58,508 nucleotides of DNA, filler included, from Candidatus Woesearchaeota archaeon (GCA_002685855.1; 3 parts of 3 records of this genome joined end to end with filler, not necessarily neighbours in it), one strand, 5' to 3'; positions 28,813-40,300 are shown, counted from the whole stretch's first letter. A program made the numbers and translations. Notes: generated by a model from the letters alone, not told the origin.

Positions 28813-29550
28813 ATGATCAAGATACTCATCGGATTCCCAACCTACGACGGCCAGAAATACTGCGCAGACCGCTTCTACACACACCTCAAACAACTTGAAA
28901 TCCCCGAAAACACAGAAATAGAGATCTTCATCGTCGACACCTCAAAAACAGACGATTACGCAAACGAACTCAAACAAAAAGGATTCGACGTCGTAAAACT
29001 CCCCCACATCCCCAACACAATGCAGAACATCTCTCAGGGAAGAAAACGCGTCAGAGAAGAAGCCCTCAAAAGAGATGCAGACTACCTCTTCTTTGTCGAC
29101 ACCGACATCATGCTCCCCCCAAACGCATTAAAAAAACTTCTCAACCACAACAAAGACATCATCAACGGACTCTACCTTGGAATCCTTGAATTCGACGGAA
29201 AAAAAAGAGTCGTTCCCATCGCCTACGCCATCGTTGACCAGGAAAGCGTACGACACCTCACAAAAAAAGAGGTAGAACAACCCCAACTCATGGAAATAGG
29301 TGCAGCAGGACTCGGATGCACACTCATAACAAAACAGGTCCTCAAAAAAGTCGACTTCTCAATAACAAGAGAAGACAACTGCAACGAAGACGCAGGCTTC
29401 TACAAAGACTGCAGAGCACACGGATTCAAAATATACCTCGACACCTCAATCAGATGCATCCACCAGGACTACCCAGAAAACGACCCCAGAAACAATCTCT
29501 TTCTCTTTGAACAACCAAACACCTCTGCCTCCTTCTCCTACAACCTTTAA
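28813..29550 (+). CDS. Glycosyltransferase family 2 (GT-A)
   Basis: IVDTS, FVDTD (DxD), GLGCTLI, EDAGF. Confidence 0.85.
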   Translation: MIKILIGFPTYDGQKYCADRFYTHLKQLEIPENTEIEIFIVDTSKTDDYANELKQKGFDVVKLPHIPNTMQNISQGRKRVREEALKRDADYLFFVDTDIMLPPNALKKLLNHNKDIINGLYLGILEFDGKKRVVPIAYAIVDQESVRHLTKKEVEQPQLMEIGAAGLGCTLITKQVLKKVDFSITREDNCNEDAGFYKDCRAHGFKIYLDTSIRCIHQDYPENDPRNNLFLFEQPNTSASFSYNL

Positions 29551-29570
29551 ACCCACCAGATCCAATCACC

Positions 29571-31049
29571 CTATAACCTATAAGGAATCTGAATCCGAAA
29601 CACCGTGCCCTTTCCCTCCTTTGATTTAACAACAATATCCCCGCCGTGCAAGTCAACAACCTTCTTCGCAATACTCAACCCCAATCCAGATCCTCCCTGC
29701 ACCCGGGTTAGATAATGCTCGGCCTGATAAAACTTATCAAACAATTTCGGAATTGCATCCTCCGGAATACCCTTCCCTGTATCCCTAATAACAAGCTCCC
29801 AACACTTATCCATCTTCTTCGTACTAAACCTTACAGACCCTTTATCAGTAAACTTCACAGCATTTGAAAAAATATTCGTAACAACGTGCCGAAACCGCTT
29901 CTCATCTACCAACACCTTCATCCGCTTTGGAATTGTATTCTTAACCTTGAGCTTTTTCCTCTTTGCCAGATTCCTGAAAATATTGCGCTCCACAAAATCA
30001 TACAACCCAACCTTTTCCACACACAATGCAGCCCCCTTCTGCTCCAGCTTCGCAAGCCCAAGCACATCATCAATCATCATCCCCAATCGAGTAGCCTCAT
30101 CCTCAATAATAAGCATCTGATCCCTCTGCTTCTTTTTCAGCTTCCCAAACTTCCCATCCTTCAAAAGAGAACTATACAACTTAATACTCGTCAACGGCGT
30201 ACGCAGTTCATGACTAATCACAGAAACAAACTCCTCCTTCATCCTTCCCAACTCCTTCTCATGCTCATACTTCTCCTTAGTCTCACTCAACTGCTCCCGC
30301 AAATGCGCCTTATCAGACAACTTCAAATACACAATCCGTGTAAACAACAAAACAGAAATCAAAGGAAACGGATGCGCCAACACCTCCAACGCAGGATTCC
30401 GATTCATATAAAACACAATATTTATCACATGAATAAACGGCGTAATAGCATACACACACAAACCCAAAATCGTATGTATTCTATACTTCCCAAACAAAGA
30501 AGAATCCTTCACCATAAAATAAACAGGAACCATCAACAACACAACCTTCACAACCTCAAGAAATAGAAACTCTCCACTCTGCTGAAAGTGAATACTTCCC
30601 CTATCAAAAAGCCAAAACAGATGCATCACACAAATAAATACCAGTCCCGCAATCAACTCAAGAACAACCTTTCGCTTCACAAAAGGATACTGCTTCTTCA
30701 AATGAGGAAACAGAAACCCGTTCGTCAAAATAACTAAACCCAACACCTCCAAACTCACAAGCGAAGGAATAATCAGCGTATGCCTCTCAATAAATCCGCT
30801 CCCTCCAAAAACTGCATATGCATACAACCCTGTAAGCACCAACTTCTGCACAGCAAAAAAACCAAACGCACACTGCAACAAACGAAGATGCTTACTCTTA
30901 TTACGCAAATACTCTGATGTAATCATATACGTAATCAGAAAAAAGAAAAGCGTCTCTATTCCAACCTTAAAAAATGTCCCTGCATCAGTAGATAAAAACG
31001 TGTTAAACCTGTGAATAACATCAACACTTAGACTCAAGAAATAACTCAT
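29571..31049 (-). CDS. Membrane sensor histidine kinase
   Basis: About 7 N-terminal TMs; SHELRTPL (H box), NAVKF, DTGKGI, GSGLGL. Confidence 0.93.
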   Translation of the reverse strand: MSYFLSLSVDVIHRFNTFLSTDAGTFFKVGIETLFFFLITYMITSEYLRNKSKHLRLLQCAFGFFAVQKLVLTGLYAYAVFGGSGFIERHTLIIPSLVSLEVLGLVILTNGFLFPHLKKQYPFVKRKVVLELIAGLVFICVMHLFWLFDRGSIHFQQSGEFLFLEVVKVVLLMVPVYFMVKDSSLFGKYRIHTILGLCVYAITPFIHVINIVFYMNRNPALEVLAHPFPLISVLLFTRIVYLKLSDKAHLREQLSETKEKYEHEKELGRMKEEFVSVISHELRTPLTSIKLYSSLLKDGKFGKLKKKQRDQMLIIEDEATRLGMMIDDVLGLAKLEQKGAALCVEKVGLYDFVERNIFRNLAKRKKLKVKNTIPKRMKVLVDEKRFRHVVTNIFSNAVKFTDKGSVRFSTKKMDKCWELVIRDTGKGIPEDAIPKLFDKFYQAEHYLTRVQGGSGLGLSIAKKVVDLHGGDIVVKSKEGKGTVFRIQIPYRL

Positions 31050-31414
31050 CGCATAAGCACTTGCTTCACAACATGAAGAAGTTCATCAGCTTCAAACGGT
31101 TTCATAATGTAATCATCAGCTCCGAGCTTCATTCCATCTGCCTCATCCCTATCAGCAGTCTTGCTCGTAACCATAATTATCTTTGTTGCCGCAAGATCAG
31201 GATCTTCCCGAACATGCTTACAAACCTCAAAACCATTCATCTTCGGCATCATCACATCCAGCACAACAATATCTGGCTTCAACTCCTTGATCTGATTCAA
31301 CCCCTCCTCGCCATCACGCGCCAATGTAACACTATACATATCTTTAAGAATAAGTTGTTCTGCCTCTGCAATACGGGCATCATCCTCTACGATTAAGACA
31401 GTTGGCTTCATCAA
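31046..31414 (-). CDS. Single-domain response regulator
   Basis: IVEDD, LDVMMP, VTS, KPF; ATGA overlap with kinase. Confidence 0.93.
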   Translation of the reverse strand: MMKPTVLIVEDDARIAEAEQLILKDMYSVTLARDGEEGLNQIKELKPDIVVLDVMMPKMNGFEVCKHVREDPDLAATKIIMVTSKTADRDEADGMKLGADDYIMKPFEADELLHVVKQVLMR

Positions 31415-31516
31415 TACCTCTCCCTCACCTCTAACTCCATAAAAACCATTCTTTTATATGAATTTCGGTTGAATATTAAAGAATACGTTTAAATAAAATA
31501 CTATCCTTCACTCACA

Positions 31517-31771
31517 ATGCCAAAAATTGAAATATACACAAAAAGCTTCTGCCCCTTCTGTGCACGCGCAAAACAGCTCCTCAAGCAAAAAGGAGCAGAA
31601 TACAAAGAATACAACATCGAAAACAACCCCGAAAAAGCAAAAGAGATGGAAGAACGCTCCGGCCGAAGAACCGTCCCTGAAATATTCATCGACAACAAAC
31701 ACATAGGAGGCTCCGACGACCTCTACAAACTCGAAGCAGAAGGAAAACTCGACCCCCTCCTAAAACAATAA
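31517..31771 (+). CDS. grxC: Glutaredoxin 3-like protein
   Basis: CPFC, TVPEIFI, IGGSDDL. Confidence 0.9.
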   Translation: MPKIEIYTKSFCPFCARAKQLLKQKGAEYKEYNIENNPEKAKEMEERSGRRTVPEIFIDNKHIGGSDDLYKLEAEGKLDPLLKQ

Positions 31772-31826
31772 CCTCAAACACAACACCATCCGACACCTTT
31801 TTATACTTCTCAAAACAAAAACACCC

Positions 31827-32549
31827 ATGGCACAACCCTTCTGCTCAATCCACGACCACGAAGTACGAGGATTCAACCTCTACCTCCCCGACTTTGTCTA
31901 CGGCGGCATAGACGGAGCAGTAACCACCTTTGCAGTCGTTGCAGGAGTGGCAGGCGCCAGCCTCGGGGCTGGCGTAGTACTCATACTTGGTACAGCCAAC
32001 CTCATCGCAGACGGATTCTCCATGGCAGTATCCAACTACCTCTCTGTAAAATCAGAACGCGAATACTACAACCAGCTCCTCCAAACCGAAAAAAAAGAGA
32101 TCAAAGAGATCCCCGAAGAAGAACGAAAAGAGATCCGCATAATCTTCCAAAATAAAGGATTCAAAGGACCTCTTCTATCCAAAGTTGTTGACACCATTAC
32201 AAAAAACGAACAGGTCTGGCTCGACACCATGATGGTAGACGAACTCGGCCTCCAGAAAGACAAACGCTCCCCCACAAAATCAGCCCTCTCCACCTTCATC
32301 GCCTTCGTCCTCATGGGATCCATCGCATTAATCCCCTTTGCCCTCCTCTACTTTCTCAACACCGCCATTCAAAACACCTTTCTCATCGCATCCATTCTCA
32401 CCCTTCTCGCACTCTTCATCGTCGGCCTCATCAAAGGCAGAGTCGTCAAGAAAAACCTCCTTGTTGCCGGCCTCGAAACCGCCCTCCTCGGAGGAATCGC
32501 AGCCTCATTGGCCTATGGCGTGGGCTATCTCCTGGCATTAGTAGTCTAA
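31827..32549 (+). CDS. VIT1/CCC1 family Fe/Mn transporter
   Basis: VYGGIDG, ADGFSMA, Glu-rich loop, MMVDELG. Confidence 0.9.
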   Translation: MAQPFCSIHDHEVRGFNLYLPDFVYGGIDGAVTTFAVVAGVAGASLGAGVVLILGTANLIADGFSMAVSNYLSVKSEREYYNQLLQTEKKEIKEIPEEERKEIRIIFQNKGFKGPLLSKVVDTITKNEQVWLDTMMVDELGLQKDKRSPTKSALSTFIAFVLMGSIALIPFALLYFLNTAIQNTFLIASILTLLALFIVGLIKGRVVKKNLLVAGLETALLGGIAASLAYGVGYLLALVV

Positions 32550-32598
32550 AACAAACGTTCTCTTTTTTATCCATATAGTAAACAAATCAACCCAGCCA

Positions 32599-32622
32599 TT
32601 TGACCACTAAATAGTGGTCAAA
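32599..32622. promoter_or_regulatory. Perfect palindrome, candidate operator
   Basis: TTTGACCACTA-AA-TAGTGGTCAAA just upstream of TATA-like ATTAATAAA of the next gene. Confidence 0.55.
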
Positions 32623-32662
32623 CAACCATAAGATTAATAAATGCCCCCCTATCCCAACATTC

Positions 32663-33970
32663 ATGGACATCAGACAGCGTATAGAAGAACTTTTAAGAAA
32701 AAAACCCGTTCATATAGACAGTGAAACAATTAAAAGAGGGTTTCGTAATGCAACACCTGCAACAAGAAGAGAGTTCCTATACTTCTTTGGAGGAGCCCTC
32801 TGCGGTTCGGCCTTGGGTATAAGTGGCCTTCTTTATCTCGCAAAAAACTACGACCCACATGCCCCAAAAAACAACGGCGTCCATCCCATCCCAATTGAGA
32901 ACAGAACAATAACCAATTTATCAGACATCCAGGGAATCCTTGGTCTCCAAAGAGATAACCTCCTTGGACCCCAAACCAAATACGGCCTTGAAACCCTCCT
33001 CCTTGATATTGAAGCAGAACACAACATCCCCTTCCAAAAAGTCCCCTACCCCCAAATAGATCGAAGAACATTCCAGATTCTTAATGCAGTTCATAATGAT
33101 ACCCTTCCAACAACCGTACGCAACATCGAAGCACTCGCCTTTCAACACTACGGAGCATATATCATGAGCCCAGACTATAGGAGCAGCCATACTATTATCC
33201 AAACAAAAGAACAGGCAGCAGCATTCCTAGGTCTTCAAAAATTTAGTGATCAAAAACTTAGAGAAAACGTTCTTGCATTCAAAGCAATCCTTAACTATTT
33301 AGAAGGAATATCTCTTCCTATCAATACAAAACTCGATCATACAGCATACATTGCATTAACCTATGCAAGAGATAAACATATTCCCTTTATCATGAAAGGA
33401 TTCTCGCACAGTGAAGTAGAGATACAAGCAAATAGAAGAGGATATTCTTTCCTTATACCAAACGTAGCCCTATTTCAAAGGCCTACAAAATATGAATCAG
33501 TTGAAAATATAGTAAATGCAGTTGATCCCCGTGATCCCGTTATTAGAAGAATTGCACTAAACGTAGCAGACAGCGGCCACACACCAAAACAAGAGGCACA
33601 ACGACTCCTTAACTTTGTTCAGGGACCTAACTATTCCTTTGATGTCGTCGGAGGTAACACAGTAAAACACCCTGTCCAGACGCTCGACGATAGAACAGGA
33701 GACTGCGAAGACTCAACCGTCCTCTACCTCTCTCTTCTAAGAGCAAGAGGAATCGAATGTGCATATATTCATATCGATGACCGTCGACCAAGAGAACCCG
33801 GCCACGCAATAGCAGGAGTTGTAGGAGACTTCGGATATAGACACGGATTAACAAGAAAAGGTAAAAACTTCTATTTTGCCGAAACAACAGGAAAAGGACA
33901 TGCCATTGGTGACCCTGTTTTGCCAAGTGTTGATAGTAGACATCTGGGATTTCAGCTTGTCCCTATTTAA
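32663..33970 (+). CDS. Membrane-anchored transglutaminase-like (Cys-His) domain protein
   Basis: TRREFL plus TM near N-terminus; PVQTL..GDCEDS, GHA, FAETT. Confidence 0.8.
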   Translation: MDIRQRIEELLRKKPVHIDSETIKRGFRNATPATRREFLYFFGGALCGSALGISGLLYLAKNYDPHAPKNNGVHPIPIENRTITNLSDIQGILGLQRDNLLGPQTKYGLETLLLDIEAEHNIPFQKVPYPQIDRRTFQILNAVHNDTLPTTVRNIEALAFQHYGAYIMSPDYRSSHTIIQTKEQAAAFLGLQKFSDQKLRENVLAFKAILNYLEGISLPINTKLDHTAYIALTYARDKHIPFIMKGFSHSEVEIQANRRGYSFLIPNVALFQRPTKYESVENIVNAVDPRDPVIRRIALNVADSGHTPKQEAQRLLNFVQGPNYSFDVVGGNTVKHPVQTLDDRTGDCEDSTVLYLSLLRARGIECAYIHIDDRRPREPGHAIAGVVGDFGYRHGLTRKGKNFYFAETTGKGHAIGDPVLPSVDSRHLGFQLVPI

Positions 33971-33986
33971 TTTCTAAAGAAAAAAG

Positions 33987-34150
33987 TAGCCCCGCGCGGA
34001 CTTTCGAGAACTTTTTTCATAAGGTGACTAAGCTTTCCAAAGGAAAGCGCATGTCTCCTCTCTTTTTCCGAGGTTTTTTGAAAAAAGCTCTTTCGAACCG
34101 CGGTCCCAAGCTCCAAAGGCTTGGATGATTGGCCACTACACCACGGGGCT
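33987..34150 (-). tRNA. tRNA-Gln(TTG) with 91-nt intron at 59/60 (intron 34001-34091)
   Basis: Acceptor AGCCCCG/CGGGGCT-A; anticodon arm CAAGC-CTTTGGA-GCTTG; T-loop TTCGAAT restored after splicing; 73-nt mature. Confidence 0.9.
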
Positions 34151-34229
34151 ATATCTATACTGGAGATAATGCTTGTTTTTAAATCTTTGTTCTCAACAAG
34201 CTTAAATACACCCCCTTCTTCACCCTTTC

Positions 34230-36281
34230 ATGCAGCTCCTCTGGATAGAACTCAACAACATCAGATCCTATACAAAAGAAAGAATCGACTTCCCAGAAGG
34301 CTCTCTCCTCCTCTCCGGAGACATCGGATCCGGCAAATCAACCATCCTCCTCGCCATCGAATTCTCCATCTTCGGCGTCATGCGCAGCCACCTCTCAGGA
34401 AACGCCCTCCTCAGACACGGCTGCAACCAAGGAAGCGTAGAACTCGCCTTTAAAATAGAAAACAAAGAGATCATCATCAAACGAACCCTCAAACGAACAG
34501 CCACAGGCATCAAACAAACCGCAGGCCACCTCATCCTCAACAACACAAAACTCGACGCCACCCCCCTCGAACTCAAAGCCAAAACCCTCCAACTCTTAGG
34601 CTACCCCGACGAACTCGTCTCAAAAAATAAATCCCTCATCTTCCGCTACACAGTCTACACCCCCCAGGAAGAGATGCTCCAGATCCTCCTCGAATCAGAA
34701 GACGAACGCCTCGACACCCTCAGAAGAGTCTTCGGCCTCGACAAATACAAACGAATCCGCAACAACACTGCCCTCTATCTCAAAGAACTCAGACAAAAAC
34801 GCGCAATCCTCGAATCAAAACTCGAAGACGAACAGGAAATCAAAACAAAACTCAAAAATGCACAACAACAAGAAGAAGAACTCAAACAATCCAACATCCA
34901 AACCAAAGAAACCCTCCAAAACATCCAACAACAACTAACCAAACTAAAACAATCCCTCAAAGAACTAGAAAAACAAGAACAGGATATCCAGAAAGCACGC
35001 CTCGAAAAAGAAACCCTCATAGGAACACAAAAAACACTCGAAAAAGAAACCATCCTATTAAACGAAGAAACCCTCCAACTCAACGAATTTCTCGCCAAAC
35101 ACAAAATAACAGAACAACTCACCTCCCCTGAACAAGAACTAACAGCAATAAAAGAGAAAATAAAAAACCTCAACGAAAAACAACGATCCATACAGGAAAA
35201 AACCGCGTTCTTCACATCAAAAAAAGAAACCGCAGACAATATCAAAAACAAACTCCTCAACATCGACAACTGCCCCACCTGCCAGCAAACAATTTCACAA
35301 CAACACAAAGACCACATCTGTACAAAACAAGATGAAACACTCCAAAAAATCCAAAACAACATGGAAAAACTCACCCAAGCAAACACCCAGATAACAACCC
35401 TGCTAAAAAACCTCGAAGAACGAGAATCAACAGCACAAACCAACCTAAAAACCTACCTCCAGAAAAAAACCCTCCAGCAAGAAGTCAAAAATAAAGAAAA
35501 ACGAAAACCAGAAATAGAAAAAAGAAAAACAGAGATCCAGGAACAAACAAAAACCCTGCAAGAAAAACTTTCCCAAATAGAAAAACAGCTCACTCAATCA
35601 GAAACCCTTATCACAACAATACAACAAACAAAACAAGAAGAACAAACACACTCCCAAAAAGAAAAAACCCTCCTCATAAAAACAACAGAACAAAAAGAAA
35701 GAATCGACTCCTTAGAAAAAGAAATAAAAGAAACACAGGAAAAACATAAAAAAATCCAAAAACACAAAAAACAATTCCAAACACTCACAGAACTCGAAGA
35801 GTGGCTACAAAAACTCTTCATCAACCTCCTCTACATCATCGAAAAACAGGTACTTCTAAAAATCCATTCCGAATTCGACCAACTCTTCCAAAACTGGTTC
35901 TCAATCCTTATGGAAGACTCCCTCCTCTCAGTACGCCTAGACGATTCTTTCTCTCCCCACATCATCCAGAACACCCACGAAACATCCTTCCTTCACCTCA
36001 GCGGAGGAGAACGAACAAGCATCGCCCTTGCCTACCGATTAGCCCTCAACAAAGTAATCAACGACTTCGTCTCAACAATACAAACAAAAGATCTCCTAAT
36101 CCTCGACGAACCAACAGACGGATTCTCATCAGAACAACTCGACAAAATGCGAGAACTCCTCGACGAACTCAACGCCCACCAGATAATCCTCGTAAGCCAC
36201 GAAACAAAGATCGAATCCTTTGTCGACAACCTACTCCACGTTGTAAAAGACGGACACGAATCAAAAGTTCTTCCTACATAA
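34230..36281 (+). CDS. rad50: Rad50/SbcC-type SMC-like ATPase
   Basis: GDIGSGKST, central zinc hook CPTC in coiled coil, LSGGE, LDEPT, SH. Confidence 0.88.
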   Translation: MQLLWIELNNIRSYTKERIDFPEGSLLLSGDIGSGKSTILLAIEFSIFGVMRSHLSGNALLRHGCNQGSVELAFKIENKEIIIKRTLKRTATGIKQTAGHLILNNTKLDATPLELKAKTLQLLGYPDELVSKNKSLIFRYTVYTPQEEMLQILLESEDERLDTLRRVFGLDKYKRIRNNTALYLKELRQKRAILESKLEDEQEIKTKLKNAQQQEEELKQSNIQTKETLQNIQQQLTKLKQSLKELEKQEQDIQKARLEKETLIGTQKTLEKETILLNEETLQLNEFLAKHKITEQLTSPEQELTAIKEKIKNLNEKQRSIQEKTAFFTSKKETADNIKNKLLNIDNCPTCQQTISQQHKDHICTKQDETLQKIQNNMEKLTQANTQITTLLKNLEERESTAQTNLKTYLQKKTLQQEVKNKEKRKPEIEKRKTEIQEQTKTLQEKLSQIEKQLTQSETLITTIQQTKQEEQTHSQKEKTLLIKTTEQKERIDSLEKEIKETQEKHKKIQKHKKQFQTLTELEEWLQKLFINLLYIIEKQVLLKIHSEFDQLFQNWFSILMEDSLLSVRLDDSFSPHIIQNTHETSFLHLSGGERTSIALAYRLALNKVINDFVSTIQTKDLLILDEPTDGFSSEQLDKMRELLDELNAHQIILVSHETKIESFVDNLLHVVKDGHESKVLPT

Positions 36282-36384
36282 AAAATCAGCCAACAACACA
36301 GATTATGTGCAAGAGTGTAAAAAACGTGTTAAGCCAAAAAGTCCTGTGAAAAACTATATAAATATGAATCTTTATTAACCTAAT

Positions 36385-37155
36385 ATGGCTGAATACGCAT
36401 CAGATAAGATATCTAGTTACATATGCCGGGATCTGAGAGGTAAAAAAGACTATCTTACATCAGCGCAGAAAGAAAGCAGGAAAGAGCTGGCACGACACTA
36501 CTATCACTTGAAGAAGTTAATGAACGAGAAGTTGATAGAAGATCCTGATTCAGTATATCCTGACATCTCAGAGCATCTCTATCGGATAGGTATAGCTTTA
36601 AGAAAGTTCTCCATATCATCAACTCTTCTGAATAAGTTCATTATGTCCGCTCTGGATATTTCATATTCTAACTATAAGGCCAATCCAAACGACCTCCTTA
36701 GGGAAGTAATGTCTGAAATGGAAACGATCATTCACCACCTGCGCGAATATCAAATAAGAATGGAAAGATTAAGAGTTCACATCCCCCTCGAGATGGCTAA
36801 AAATCTTGGTGTTAACCAAGTTCTTCCATCAAAACAGATAAAGTCATTTATGAATGAGATGAGGGAGCTTGAAACATTGGAAAAAGAACTGGTACGGATG
36901 TTAAAACATTTTTTCCACAAGCACAAACGAGACATTAAAGATCTTTTCGAAGCAGTACGCACATTGGAAAAAGGAAGAACGAATGTAATAGAGAAATTTA
37001 TTTCTAACCATCCTCCCACGGTTGTTGGTTCTCTCTGCCTGTGCTTTACTGTAATAGGGTATACGGGAGTTTTTATAACTTTAGGGTATGGCCTTTTAGC
37101 GGTTGTTGGGGGAGCTTCTGTTTGGGGGGGCCCTTTTTGGGTTAGCTCGGAATAG
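36385..37155 (+). CDS. Hypothetical helical protein with C-terminal hydrophobic segment
   Basis: 256-aa ORF after TATA; no motif. Confidence 0.6.
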   Translation: MAEYASDKISSYICRDLRGKKDYLTSAQKESRKELARHYYHLKKLMNEKLIEDPDSVYPDISEHLYRIGIALRKFSISSTLLNKFIMSALDISYSNYKANPNDLLREVMSEMETIIHHLREYQIRMERLRVHIPLEMAKNLGVNQVLPSKQIKSFMNEMRELETLEKELVRMLKHFFHKHKRDIKDLFEAVRTLEKGRTNVIEKFISNHPPTVVGSLCLCFTVIGYTGVFITLGYGLLAVVGGASVWGGPFWVSSE

Positions 37156-37307
37156 GAGTGCTTTGAAGATTTTAGGTAATTTTTTCTTCAGCAGCGGTAC
37201 TTCTACAGTTTCAATAATTGCCAAAAAAGGTATTGATATGTTGTCTCAACATAAATCTTATTAGATAACTGAACAAATTCTTAACAAAAAAATATACAAT
37301 CAAACAA

Positions 37308-40300
37308 CTAAAACTTAGGCCGCTCCTCATCAGGAGGACTATGCGTCTTCCCTTCCCACCAGCCAAACACCGCAATCCCCAACAGAACAACAACCGCCAA
37401 AACAAGCAGCCAATAATTAAAACCAGACTCCACAACCTCCTCAACCCCTTCATCAAAACTAACAGTCTCATACACATCATCCGTAGGAGTCTCAACAACA
37501 ACAGGTACAACACCAACAACAGAAAAAACCCCTACCTCAGAACTAACAGCCTCATACACAACAACATCCCCACTCGAAACCGGACTAGTAGAAGTAGCCT
37601 TCCACACCTTCTCCTCTGCATCCCACAAATAAAGAACAATATCCTTCTCCCCCAACCCCTGACTATCAAGCCAACTCTTCTCAACACCAAACCCAATCGT
37701 CACCAATTTTAAACTATCAACAACCTCTGAATCAGGAAGAATCTGAAACAACACATACGATTCACCCGGAATTACACTCTTTGACCGATACGGAAAATCA
37801 TTCACCTTCTTCACAAGCACAGAACTACTCACCTTTTCACTAAACTCAAACCCAACACGATCAACACCATGAATACTCGCATTCAACTCCACAGAAAAAT
37901 TAATTTCATCCTCGATCTCAACCAGCTCATACTCAACAACCGTACCCCCACCCGTACTCGAAGTTGAACTCGAACCAAGACCGCCGCCCCCTCCACTACT
38001 CCCTCCCCCACTAGAACTACTCGAACTGCTAGAACTTGAACTCGAAGAACTGCTCGAACTAGAAGAACTCGTACTCGAAGACGTAGAAACAGAAAACTGC
38101 AGCAACCCACTATGAAGCAATCCGCTCACTCGATAAAAATTAGAAAACAAAGAATCATTCGTACACGTATACCCGCTCTGCGCAGTCCCATTACAAACAA
38201 CCTGCGTCTCATTCGTCTCACTACACCCGCTGCTAATATTCGAAAGATTAGTAATATTCTCCCGATCAGCAACACAAACCCCATTCTGCGTTCCAACCTT
38301 TGTCACAAGAACACTCTTACTCCTACCTGACTGAAGCTCCAACCCAGAAACAAGCACACTCCCATGCGTACTATTACTCGCATTAGAAATAAACAACTGC
38401 CCCAGCTTCAACGAATAATTATCACTCGCAGAAAAATTAATAGGAACATCAACAACCGTCACCCCCCCACTCGTAATATTAACACTCTGCAACCCTGAAA
38501 AATTCTGAGAAACATTCGTACTCCCATTAATCCTCACACCAACACTGCCCGGACCATTCACATTAAAACTACTTCCAATAATCTTATCCACAGTATCCAA
38601 AATACTATCATTATCAGCATCCGTCTCATTCACATCAGGATTCCCATCCCCATCCGTATCCAGCATCAACGTAAAATTCCTATTTGTCGTATTCATATTA
38701 TTATACGTATCATTCGCATACATATACACACTGTGATTCCCCAACCGCTTCAAGTTAATACGAAAAGAAGTCGTATTACACACAGTACACGCCGTAGAAT
38801 TCCCCTCACTATTCACATCATAGATAATACTCCCATTCTCAGTCGTATTAACCTGCAACAAAATAGAAAGATTACTACTCGTCATATTAGCCAAAAGATT
38901 ATGACTAATATCAGGACCCGACCCATCAACAGTAAAACTATAGCTGTCACTCCTATTCGAGTTATTCACACTATCCTTACACTCAACACTCCAATTATAA
39001 CTCCCCTCACTCAACGTCCGACCCATCGTCACATTACTACTATTCGTAGCCAACACACTCCCATTATCAACCCCACTCAGATTCAAACTACAATTCAACT
39101 TCGTCGCATACTCATCCGTACCCAAAAAAACAAAACTCACACTCGTCCCCTGAACAGAACCATTAGCCGGAAGAGACTGCGTCAAACTCGGAGAAACATT
39201 ATCATACACAAAAAACATCACACCCGACCCACTCTCATTCCCATTCGTATCACTACAATTCACACTCCAATTATTCACCCTCCTCGTAAGATTAACACTA
39301 TACGTAAACGTCGCATTCACACCATGACTCCTATTAATAAAAAACACCCCATTAACATACAAACCACACGTCGCATTATAACTCCCACTCAAACTATAAT
39401 TAAACTCAGTCAAATTAACAGAACTATTCGAATTGTTCTGAGGATGATTAGCAACTACAGAAACACTCGTATTCAAAGCAGTAAATGAAGCACTCCCTGT
39501 CGACGTCCGATTCTCAGAATAATCAAGACAACTCACATTCCAATTATAAGATGACAACGAAAGATTATACAACGTAACATTATTCGTCGCATTCACCGTA
39601 GCACTCACATTCACCACAGTATCATTCACACTCACATTACAATCTATGACAGACTGCAAATCATCCGTCACATTAAACGTAAGATTCAGAGGAACTTCCG
39701 GACTCGAACCATTTGCAGGACCCACAAGCACAACACTCGGAGCCGAATTATTATCATCAGTAAACCCCTGCACAAAATCAACATTTTCCGTCAAATTCCC
39801 CCCAATCTCCAACACCTTTGCATACAACCTCTCCCGAAAACTCACATGATACTCCTTACTAAAATCTGTTTCCAGATCACTCCAATCATTCAAATTCGAA
39901 TTCGAAACACCATTCCCACTCAACGGCGTAACACCCACAGTATAGTTCCCTGGAGGAATCCCAGTCATATTATAACTCCCATTCGTAAACGCATCCGCCT
40001 CACTCAACGTCCCCACAACAGGCGTAGTCCCATTAAACAAGATAACACTCCCGCCAAGAATACCATCCGTAACATTCCTCTTCACCTTCCCAAGAATCGT
40101 ACCCAACGTACTAAACGAACTATTCGGCTTCAACGCACTAATCCCTGCAAGATCATCATGCTCCAGTGTCCGAAGATGAACCTGACCTGTGCTCCCAAAC
40201 GGATACATCGTAGGAACAGAGGTAGAACCCCTCCCCCACGGAGCAGTTACCCCCAGATTACTATGATCCAAAGCCAAAAAATGACCAATCTCATGCGTCC

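Noticed and set aside
34031..34050. CTTTGGA in the tRNA-Gln intron matching its own anticodon loop
   Set aside because: It lies in a stem with a 3-nt loop, so it cannot form an anticodon-loop mimic; a 7-nt match is plausible by chance
37955..38095. GAACTC-like repeats
   Set aside because: Encode the Ser/Gly linker of the surface protein
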